A stretch of 32,000 nucleotides of DNA, taken from assembly GCF_000940845.1 (NCBI RefSeq), contig NZ_CP010341.1:1950001-1982000 (forward strand). Reading direction: 5' to 3'. Within the stretch, counting starts at the first letter, position 1; every line of letters starts with the position of its first letter. This DNA comes from Propionibacterium freudenreichii subsp. freudenreichii. Its GTDB lineage: Bacteria; Actinomycetota; Actinomycetes; Propionibacteriales; Propionibacteriaceae. The notes beneath the pieces are model-generated. The model worked only from the letters and a program-made list of their open reading frames with translations, had not been told where the DNA came from and did not search any database. This document shows, piece after piece, positions 9,238 through 21,653 of this stretch. Both the position numbers and the translations under genes were made by a program.

Positions 9238-9577
9238 GTGTTTCCTCTCATGTGGGGTGCAAAAACACAAATTTTGCGAAACTGTTGCGAAACGACAGGG
9301 TTCGCATGGTGATTCGAGCCCCGTGTGGATACGAAACGTCCGGCCGGGTCTGCTGGCCGCCATCGGTGGTGACCACCGGGCTCATGGCGATGCTCTGCAA
9401 TCCAGCCGATTTGAGGCTAACACAGCCCTCTGACAGGAATACAGGCGCTCACTCGAATTCGGTGCGGATCCCCGCCGACCCATCGGGTCGATTTGTTGCG
9501 GGATTGTGCATGTCACGCCACCGAATTTGACAACTCACTGAGCACGACAACGCACGGGACACAACAACCCATGGGAT

Positions 9578-9620
9578 GACGGTGTGGCGGTGGCAATCCT
9601 CCTGCCACCGCCACACCGTC
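9578..9620 (-). terminator. perfect 18-bp stem hairpin downstream of SLH gene 2
   Basis: gacggtgtggcggtggca-atcctcc-tgccaccgccacaccgtc, located 15 nt past the TGA at 9635-9637. Confidence 0.6.
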
Positions 9621-9634
9621 ATCGGGATCGTGGT

Positions 9635-11186
9635 TCAGTTCTTCATGCGGTAGATGAACGCGGCCATCGCGTCGCGTGCCACCGGGGTGACCGGACGGTA
9701 GGTGCCGTCGGGCCAGCCGGTGGAGATCCCCTTGTCAGACAGCCAGGCCATCTCCTTGTAGAACTGCTGGCCCGTGGTCACGTCACGGAACGGCGAGGTC
9801 GTGGGCGCCGTGAAGTCGGGGCTGGCGTTGAACCGGTAGAGGAAGGCGGCCATCGCGTCGCGATTCACGTCGTCGAGCGGACGGAAGGTGCCATCGTCAT
9901 AGCCGGTGGCGATCCCCTTCGACTGGAGCCAGCAGATCTCCTTGTAGTACTCATCGCTGGGCGCCATGTCGCTGAACGGTGACGTGGTGGGTGCCGTGTA
10001 GTCGGGGCTGCCCGCCAGCCGGTACATGAACGCGGCGAAGGCGTCGCGGTGGATCGATTCCAGGGGACGGTATTCGTGTCCCCCGGCGACCTGCCAGCCG
10101 GTGGCATAGCCGGAGGTGCCCATCCAGTTGATCTGCGTGTAGTACATGTTGTCGCCGGGAACGTCGACGAAGTACTGACTCTGGGGATGTGCCCACACGT
10201 ACAGCGTCACCACGTCGGAATCAGCGGTGCCATAGTCATTGGTCGCCTGCACCCGGTACTTGCCCTGGTCCATCGCCATCGTGGCGTTGGTGACGGTCAG
10301 GGTCGCCTGGTCTCCACCATCAACATTGACCCAGTGGCCCTGGCCATCCATACGCTGCCACTGGTAGGTGGGATCGGGGTAGCCGGTCGCCTTGGCGGTG
10401 AAGCTGGCGTCCTGGCCCACCGAGGTGGTCGGTGAGAAGGGCTGCTGGGTGATCGTCGGGGCACCGAACACCTTGAACTGGGTGCCATCGTGGCTCTCCC
10501 AGGTGTTGGTGTTGTTGTTGGCCAGGTCCCAGATGCGGATGTAGAGCGTGTGGACGCCGGGCGTCAGGTCCTTGATCGTCCAGGTGCGCAGATTGTCCGG
10601 TCCGCTGATGAAGGGCAGGTCGAACCAGGCACCGTTGTCGTCGAGCTTCCAGATGCCGCGCGATTGTGGGTCGTCGGTCTTGAAGCTCGCAGTGGTGCTG
10701 GTGGAGCCCGCCTTGACATCGGCCACCGTGACATCGGTGACGGCCGGTGGGGTGACGTCGGAGAAGGTGGGCCCGATGCCCGGCGCCTTCTGCTCGCCGG
10801 TCTTCACATATGACCAGCCCTCCACCGGGGCATGGGTGGAGTTGCTGATGTCTGACTGCGTCCAGTTGGCCCCGGCGATGCCGGTGTAGTGCAGCCATGT
10901 GTATCCGGTCTGCGCGCCGTGGGGGAACCCGTTGATGCTCGTGGGCGCGTCAGTGCCCCCGGTGGATGACGGATTGAACCCGGCACGGTAGAGCACCTGC
11001 AGCGCGCCCTGACCCATCCTGCTGGTCGACGGCCACCGGGACGGCCCCGTTGGACAGCTCGTAGGTGGTGCAGGGGCCGTCATGGCCCTTGACCGTGTCG
11101 GCGCCTGCCGACGCCGTGACGCCCAGTGAGCTGATCACCAGGGTGGCTGCGGCGGCCGTGGCCACCGTGATTCTGCGAACGGACAA
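9635..11186 (-). pseudogene. SLH-anchored Ig-repeat surface protein, paralogue 2, with signal peptide and body in different frames
   Basis: A TTG start at 11186 follows GGAAGGGAAAC and gives MSVRRITVATAAAATLVISSLGVTASAGADTVKGHDGPCTTYELS, but that frame stops at 10950. The homologous body (QVLYRAGFNPSS... one QWQ Ig-like repeat, three SLH domains) is in another frame (track ORF 9635..11083). The span is 1552 nt, not a multiple of 3. Confidence 0.65.
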
Positions 11187-11570
11187 CTTGTTTCCCTTCC
11201 TGAGTGGATACCAAGCACGCGAACCAGCGGGGGGCTGTTTCAGCCGTCTGTGTGTGGACCACGACCCGGTGAAATCAAGTGACCCTTGGCAATCCCTCGC
11301 CCAGCACTGCGCTTCCGCGCGGCACCTGGGCGCTGATCACAGCCTCCGGTCGTGGGCAGGTTAACACAGCGCAATCACAGGACGTGATTATGCGCGGCGA
11401 TTGTGGATAACACCGCGACAATGCAACATATGTTGATTTTCCTCGACGTGGCGCAAAACTCGACATCCAGTGACTGCGGACCACAACTCCCCCGGCCGCC
11501 CCACGCGCGCCGCGCTGGCCCCACGACACGGGCGGCGAAGAGACGCGAGCAGACACAAACCCGGTGGGCA

Positions 11571-11618
11571 AACAACACGGTAGGCCCGGAACATGTGTTC
11601 CGGGCCTACCGTGTTGTT
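11571..11618 (-). terminator. long near-perfect hairpin downstream of SLH gene 3
   Basis: aacaacacggtaggcccggaa-catgtg-ttccgggcctaccgtgttgtt forms a 21-bp stem. It is followed on the minus strand by TTTG and lies 48 nt past the TGA at 11666-11668. Confidence 0.6.
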
Positions 11619-11665
11619 CAGGCCGAAGACTCCTCGCTCACGAAGTGCCTTCAGTTTTCAGTTGT

Positions 11666-13180
11666 TCAGTTGCCCTGCAGGCGGTAGATGAAGGCAGCCA
11701 TGGCGTCGCGCGCGACCGGGGTCACGGGACGGTAGGTGCCGTCTTCCCAACCAGTGGAGATGCCCTCATCGGACAGCCAGGCCATTTCCTTGTAGAACTG
11801 CTGGCTGGTGGCCACATCGTTGAACGGCGAGGTCGCCGGAGCGGTGTAGGCCGGGTTGCCCTTGAAGCGGTACATGAAGGCAGCCATGGCATCGCGGTTC
11901 ACGTTGTCCAGGGGACGGAAGGTTCCGTCACCGTAACCGGTGGTGATACCGGTCGAGGCCAGCCAGGAGATCTCCTTGTAGAACTGGTTGGAGGTCGCCA
12001 CATCGGAGAACGGCGAGGTAGCAGGTGGCGTGTAGGCCGGGCTACCGGCCAGACGGTACATGAACGCTGCCATCGCATCACGGTGGATCGAATCCAGCGG
12101 ACGGTACTCCTTGGTGCCATCAGGCAGCACCCAACCAGTCGAAATACCCTCGCCGGCGAGCCACTCGATCTCCTTGAAGAACTCGTTGCCCTTGGGGACG
12201 TCCACGAAGGTCGCGGTCGCAACCGGCACCTCAGCAACAGTCAACTTCGCCGAGCTGGAGTACAAGGAGGCTTCCTTGCCCTGGGAATCGGCACCGGTGA
12301 CGACCACGCGGTAGAGCGTGCCGTCCTGGTCCTCGGTCACCTGACGCACGGTGTAGCTCGACTTCGTGGCACCGGTGACGTCGGCCCACTCGCCGGTCAC
12401 CTTGTCCTGGGACTGCCACTGGTAAGCAACCGCGGCGCCATCCACACCGGTTCCCGTGGTCTTCACGGTGAACACGGCATTGCCGCCGGGGGCAGCCGTC
12501 ACATCAGTAGGCTGCTGGGCAATCGCCACCGGGCCAGCAACAACGGCCTGCTCGGTGGGCTTGCTGGTGGTCACCAGGCCGTCGGCATTGGTGACGCGGT
12601 AGGTCGCCGTGTCGATGCCCGAAGCGGCATTCGCCTGGCTCCACTTGTAGGTCCAAGCACTGGTTCCGTCCCACACGCCAGCCTTCGGCACTGCGGTCCA
12701 AGTGCCCTCTTCGTCGCCATTGTCGAGCTTGTACTCAACCTTGGTCGGCTGGTCAGTCGACGTTGCACTCGACTGAGCCGTCACGGAGAAGTCGAGGCCA
12801 ACGGCGGTCGAACCCCTGGGGACGCTCTTGTCCAGGGATCCGGCGACCACCACAGGGGCGGCGGTCTTCCACGTCGACAGGTCAACGGCAGGTCCCTTGG
12901 CCGGCCCGCTACCGGTGTTGTCGCCATAGACCAGGCCGAGCACGGAGGCAGTCACCGAAGCAGGTGCAGCCTTCAGCTGGCTCCACTCCTTGGTACCGGG
13001 CTCACCGGTGAAGGCCAACCAGCCCTCGCCGTCCACTGCCTTGGCGGGCAGGCCCTGGACCGTCGTGGCCGGGAAGGCCGTTGTGTCGGCCGAGAAACCC
13101 GCATCCGTCAACAGCTGGCTGACATCGCGAGTGACGTCATCCTTACCGGACAGGTTCACTGCGCACTTGGTCTGGATGCC
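11666..13180 (-). pseudogene. SLH-anchored Ig-repeat surface protein, paralogue 3, 3' fragment separated from its 5' end by an IS
   Basis: Reading frame GIQTKCAVNLSGKDDVTRDV... one QWQ Ig-like repeat ... three SLH domains ... IYRLQGN-TGA. Track ORF 11666..13702 extends this frame artefactually into the IS. Confidence 0.8.
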
Positions 13181-13184
13181 CTTG
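13181..13184. repeat. target-site duplication copy (cttg)
   Basis: Identical 4 bp at 13181-13184 and 14432-14435, directly abutting the TG/CA IS termini. Confidence 0.75.
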
Positions 13185-13228
13185 TGGGCCGCCCCCTTCA
13201 TTCGGTCCGGTCGCTCTGTGAGTCGTCG
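13185..13228. repeat. IS terminal inverted repeat (orfB-proximal end)
   Basis: Aligned by eye to 14387-14431. About 35 of 45 positions match, with one gap. Confidence 0.7.
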
Positions 13229-14076
13229 GTTTCGATTTGATGGGTGCACTGCCGAGCGTACTCGGCCGGGGGTAGGTAGCCGAGCGATGAGTGCCGACGC
13301 TGATGGTTGTACTCGGTCTTCCAGTCGCCGATCACGACCTGAGCGTGCAGCAGTGAGTAGAAGCTGTTGATGTTGAGGCACTCGTCGCGGAGGCGGCTGT
13401 TGAACGATTCGACGTATCCGTTGTGCCAGGGCGAGCCGGGCGGAATGTAGAACAGGCCGGTGCGGGTACCCGCCCAGTCGGCCATCGCGTCGCTGATGAA
13501 CTCGGGCCCGTTGTCGCTGCGGAGCACACCCGGTGCACCGCGGACGGCGACGAGCTCTTCGAGGTGGGCGGTGAGCCGGTCGGCGGTGATCGACCGCTCC
13601 ACGAGCCCGCCGATGCATTCGCGGGTGTGCTCGTCGACGATGGAGCAGATCTTGATCGGGCAGCCCCGCTCGTCGGCGTCGAACTGGAAGTCCACCGCCC
13701 ATACGAGGTTCGGTGCGACCGCCGCCGGGGCGTCGACGGTCGAGGATCCGACACGCTTGCGGCGTCGCCGCTGCGGGACGCGGAGGCCTTCGGCTCGCCA
13801 GAGGCGTTGGATCTTCTTGTGGTTGACCGCCCAGCCCTCACCCCGGGCGTCGTGATACGCCCGCCGGTACCCGTAGCGGGGATGCTTCTTCGCCCACGCG
13901 CGCAGCCAGTCTCGCAACGCGCGATCAGGGTCGGCGACCGTGTCGCCCTTGAGCGGGCGACGGTACGCGGACCTGCTCAGCCCGGCCAGACGGCACGCCA
14001 TCCGCTCGCTCACCTGCAGTGTCCTGATCAGGTGCGAGACGGCGGCGCGGCGCCTGCCCGGGCCTAGAAGTTTCCC
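13198..14076 (-). CDS. IS3-family transposase OrfB (DDE integrase-like), probably made as an OrfAB fusion by -1 frameshifting
   Basis: The OrfB frame is open from the slippery site: GKLLGPGRRRAAVSHLIRTLQVSERMACRLAGLSRSAYRR.... It carries the catalytic-core signatures WAVDFQF, LRSDNGPEF and HNGYVESFNSRLRDECL. The track lists 13198..14013 from an internal GTG. Confidence 0.85.
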   Translation of the reverse strand, partial: GKLLGPGRRRAAVSHLIRTLQVSERMACRLAGLSRSAYRRPLKGDTVADPDRALRDWLRAWAKKHPRYGYRRAYHDARGEGWAVNHKKIQRLWRAEGLRVPQRRRRKRVGSSTVDAPAAVAPNLVWAVDFQFDADERGCPIKICSIVDEHTRECIGGLVERSITADRLTAHLEELVAVRGAPGVLRSDNGPEFISDAMADWAGTRTGLFYIPPGSPWHNGYVESFNSRLRDECLNINSFYSLLHAQVVIGDWKTEYNHQRRHSSLGYLPPAEYARQCTHQIETDDSQSDRTE

Positions 14077-14348
14077 TCGGCCAGCTCCTTGAGCGCAGCC
14101 TTCTCCAGCTCCGCTTCGGCCAGCAACCGCTTGAGCGTGGCGTTCTGCTTCTCCAGCTCCCTGAGGCGCTTCGCGTCGTCGGCCTTCAGTCCGCCGTACT
14201 GGTTACGCCACCGGTAACACGTCTGCTCGGATATCCCAAGCTCCCGACACACCGCGGCGATGTCGCTGCCGTCGGCGAGCATCCTGTCGGCCTGCCCGAG
14301 CTTGCGGACGACCTGCTCCGGGGTGTGACGCTTCCTGCTGTTCGACAT
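14064..14348 (-). CDS. IS3-family transposase OrfA (HTH plus leucine-zipper part)
   Basis: MSNSRKRHTPEQVVRKLGQADRMLADGSDIAAVCRELGISEQTCYRWRNQYGGLKADDAKRLRELEKQNATLKRLLAEAELEKAALKELAEGNF. ATG at 14348 was chosen over the upstream track start. Confidence 0.85.
   Translation of the reverse strand: MSNSRKRHTPEQVVRKLGQADRMLADGSDIAAVCRELGISEQTCYRWRNQYGGLKADDAKRLRELEKQNATLKRLLAEAELEKAALKELAEGNF
14070..14076 (-). promoter_or_regulatory. candidate -1 programmed ribosomal frameshift heptamer G GGA AAC
   Basis: The minus strand reads GAG GGA AAC TTC TAG in the orfA frame. Slipping to GGG AAA C enters the orfB frame exactly (codon phase checked). This fits the X XXY YYZ pattern, 4 nt before the orfA stop. 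Confidence 0.6.
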
Positions 14349-14386
14349 GATCTGACCAGTCTCCCTGCCCGCAACCACGGGCGACA

Positions 14387-14431
14387 GGACGACTCCCAGA
14401 ACCACCGGACCTAAAAAACGGGGTCAGCCCA
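14387..14431. repeat. IS terminal inverted repeat (orfA-proximal end)
   Basis: Aligned by eye to 13185-13228. Confidence 0.7.
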
Positions 14432-14435
14432 CTTG
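14432..14435. repeat. target-site duplication copy (cttg)
   Basis: See 13181-13184. Confidence 0.75.
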
Positions 14436-14617
14436 GCCTTGTCGACGGAGGTGAAGTCAACCACCACTGACTTGGAGCCGGGCGCATCAGCTGAGGTGCA
14501 GTACCCCTCGTGAGTGGACGCCACCTCCTTGGCATTCGCAGGCGCCATGCCCGCAAACGTCGTCACAAACATGGCGGCCGCAGCACCTGTGGCCACCGCA
14601 ATCCTACGAACAGACAA
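14432..14617 (-). pseudogene. SLH surface protein paralogue 3, 5' fragment (signal peptide and first 62 codons)
   Basis: A TTG start at 14617 follows GAAAGGAAAC and gives MSVRRIAVATGAAAAMFVTTFAGMAPANAKEVASTHEGYCTSADAPGSKSVVVDFTSVDKAK, then runs into the IS end. The initiation region is nearly identical to paralogue 2 (ACAAG TTG TCY GTT CGY AGR AT). Confidence 0.8.
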
Positions 14618-15145
14618 CTTGTTTCCTTTCAAGCCTGGACAAGGGTGCACGGCCGACCTTCAAGAGCTCTGCCGGGATGTTCGAACACCCATGTCCTCTG
14701 GGAAAATTCATGGCCTTCGATGGGTTCCCTAGGATTGGCGACGCACTATGCCGAGGCAAGAGCATCATCAATCGAACTACCCGTCCAGCCGCTAGAACAG
14801 TAACAGAGCCACTGCTCCTTCGCGGTGACTACTGAGGACTGTTTCCCCTAGTCAGAGCCATCTTCAAAGAGGCTTCGAAGAGTCCTGTCAAGCACTTGGG
14901 GACTATTGGTGTTATCGGTGGCATAGAACGCTGTTATCCGTGCGGCGCGCCGCTCAAACGGCCCCCGAATCGGCCTTCACGCACAAATCACACAGTTATC
15001 GGGGCCCGTGATTCCGCTCGAAGACGAGCATGGTGCCTGCGTGTCGTCCACATGGTGGATAACCGAACAGCTCCATTCCCAGAGCCGGAACCCCCGGCCT
15101 GCCCGGCAGGTGTACCCGCCTCGGCCCGGCGTGTGGACCTCGGGG

Positions 15146-15706
15146 CTACTGGGACCGCTGCGCGTCGGTGAGGGGAACGGTCGACTCCTCGACAACGCCC
15201 ATGTCAAAGTAGATGCCCGGCCGGTACTTCCACAGCTGCACGAGCTGCTTCGGCCACACCGTGACCGTCGCCAGTTCCTCTCGCGTGAACCACCGCGTGG
15301 CCTGGAGGGTGATCTTCTCCTCCTCCGTGTAGCCACTGGAGCTTGTCCGGAAGGGCTCGGTCCGCACGATATAGAACTGCTCGTGCTGGATCAGGACCTG
15401 ATCCGAGTAACCATGGCGCACGGTGCGATCACCAATGGGCCCCTCGAGGTCCTTCTCGGTGATCACAAGGCCCGTCTCCTCCTGGAGTTCGCGCACGGCC
15501 GCCTGTTCATAGGTCTCGCCGGGCCCGACGCCACCACCCGGGGTGACCCACCAGACGACACCCGGCTTACCGGGATCGCTGTCCTCCTCGAGGAGGACCT
15601 TGTCGTCGGCAATCACCAGGACGCGACTGGCGGTGCGGTGCCGAATGGGTCGCTGCTCCGCAGGAACGGTCACGAAGCTGCGGGGATGCTCGTCTTCCAA
15701 TGCCAT
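15146..15706 (-). CDS. NUDIX hydrolase
   Basis: The Nudix box GGGVGPGETYEQAAVRELQEETGL matches GX5EX7REUXEEXGU. 186-aa ORF. Confidence 0.85.
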   Translation of the reverse strand: MALEDEHPRSFVTVPAEQRPIRHRTASRVLVIADDKVLLEEDSDPGKPGVVWWVTPGGGVGPGETYEQAAVRELQEETGLVITEKDLEGPIGDRTVRHGYSDQVLIQHEQFYIVRTEPFRTSSSGYTEEEKITLQATRWFTREELATVTVWPKQLVQLWKYRPGIYFDMGVVEESTVPLTDAQRSQ

Positions 15707-15910
15707 GGGGCAAGGCTATCCGCATGGCCATGCTCGCTCGGTAGGCGAACCCCGCAGGAGGGTCCGGGGCACGTGAACGCTCCCAGGACGCAAAAAACCC
15801 GGGACAAGACCTCGTATGAGGTGTCCCGGGAAAACAAACAGTGGACGCAACGCTTGCACCGTGTTGACGGCACCGCATTGATTGCACGCTGAAGAGGTGC
15901 TGAATGTAGT

Positions 15911-15942
15911 AACTCCCTCCCACCATCGGGTGGGAGGGAGTT
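15911..15942 (-). terminator. rRNA operon terminator hairpin
   Basis: aactccctcccacc-atcg-ggtgggagggagtt forms a perfect 14-bp stem immediately downstream of the 5S rRNA on the minus strand. Confidence 0.65.
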
Positions 15943-15945
15943 GAA

Positions 15946-16065
15946 AGTCCGGCGGCTTCCTAGTCTCCCACAGGCTCCCGCCTGCAGTACCATCGGCGTA
16001 GAAAGGCTTAACTTCCGGGTTCGGAATGGGACCGGGTGTTTCCCTCTCGCTATGGCCACCGAAAC
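15946..16065 (-). rRNA. rrf: 5S ribosomal RNA
   Basis: The reverse complement reads GTTTCGGTGGCCATAGCGAGAGGGAAACACCCGGTCCCATTCCGAACCCGGAAGTTAAGCC...GGGAGACTAGGAAGCCGCCGGAC, the typical bacterial 5S. Ends are good to about +/-3 nt. Confidence 0.9.
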
Positions 16066-16202
16066 AACTATCGGCTTACTACGTGTACAACCCCCCACAC
16101 CAACCCCAACAGGGCGGCATGAACAGGAGGTTCCCGACCGTATACCGGGAACGACACAGTGGACGCGAACAAAACTCTTCACAACAATCTACAAGAATTA
16201 AA

Positions 16203-19332
<3,130 letters not shown>

Positions 19333-19666
19333 ACACAAAACTCATAAAAAACTACAAAGATGCTCGCGTCCACTGTGAAGTTCTCAACATACGGGCGGAC
19401 CCAACCAGCCACCCCCCAAACACGGGGAACAACCACCTGGCCACACCGAAAAACCAGCCACAAACATGGCCGATCCCTCAGGACCCAACAACGTGCCTCC
19501 CACGACCACCAACCAACCCCCACCCGCGTTCCACACCAACACCCCAACAGGGCACCAGCAGTACTAACAAACAGAAACCAGCCGACAATCTACGGTCAAT
19601 GCTCCACAACCTCCACCACCAACGCCGCAGGACACAGCCCACGAAACGCACGATGGCGAAAAGGCT

Positions 19667-21192
<1,526 letters not shown>

Positions 21193-21624
21193 AAAATATC
21201 GGCACAACCACAACCCCACCCCAAAAGGACAGGACCACAGCAGAAACCGTCAACAAAAAGTAGAACCTGACCAAGCCCAAAAACTGGACTCAATCAAATA
21301 ATACAAACTACAAAGGAATCCAAAACCATCAACAATCCCACCAAAGCAGGACCATCAACGATCACGGAAACAAAATAAAATCATTGACTATAAAAAGACA
21401 CGCTGTTGAGTTCTCAAGAAACGGACACACACGAACCAACACCCAAAAACTTCCTTCAGGCACCAACTCGAGGTGACTTAACTATCGTAGAGCATTCACA
21501 CCAACAAATCAAATCCGGTGAACCGTCTTTGTCGGGCTCAATTCTCAGGCTTTATGCACTTGGCACTCAGCCCTTGATTCAGGCCCTTTGTTGAGTTGTG
21601 AACCACCCTGCGGCAGCTCGGACA

Positions 21625-21653
21625 ACATTACGTGCTCCTGCAGCAGATGTCAA
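21625..21653 (-). promoter_or_regulatory. candidate rrn promoter: TTGACA, 17 nt, TAATGT
   Basis: The minus strand reads TTGACAtctgctgcaggagcacgTAATGT (-35 at 21648-21653, -10 at 21625-21630). It lies about 430 nt upstream of the 16S 5' end, at the GC-rich to AT-richer transition. Confidence 0.5.

Larger units (their letters stand above)
13185..14431 (-). mobile_element. IS3-family insertion sequence (1247 bp) with orfA/orfB, TG..CA termini, ~45-bp imperfect inverted repeats and a 4-bp target duplication
   Basis: The plus strand reads cttg|TGGGCCGCCCCC...GGGGTCAGCCCA|cttg. The ends align as TGGGCTGACCCCGTTTTTTAGGTCCGGTGGTTCTGGGAGTCGTC versus TGGGCCG-CCCCCTTCATTCGGTCCGGTCGCTCTGTGAGTCGTC. Inside are an HTH orfA and a DDE orfB (WHNGYVESFN, EYNHQRRHSSLGY), typical of IS3. 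Confidence 0.9.

Noticed and set aside
9635-11083. ATG at 11083 as the genuine start of an intact paralogue 2
   Set aside because: It would give an N-terminus (MTAPAPPTSCPTGPSRWPSTSRMGQG) with no signal peptide for a protein whose SLH domains act outside the cell. A paralogue-like RBS, TTG start and signal peptide lie just upstream in another frame.
11402-11410. Perfect TTATCCACA DnaA box as evidence for a replication origin
   Set aside because: It is a single perfect box with no cluster, no dnaA/dnaN neighbourhood and no AT-rich unwinding element. The actinobacterial DnaA-box consensus also differs (TTGTCCACA). It is kept only as a possible shared upstream motif.
11666-13702. 678-aa ORF presented as one CDS
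   Set aside because: Only the part downstream of 13180 is homologous to the SLH paralogues. The N-terminal ~170 aa are an out-of-frame read through the IS3 orfB region (Arg/Pro-rich nonsense).
21361-21420. Second rrn promoter (TTGAGA ... TATAGT on the minus strand)
   Set aside because: The spacer would be 18-19 nt and the hexamers are weaker. It lies inside the probable leader and could equally be a processing or antitermination region, so it is not listed as a feature.
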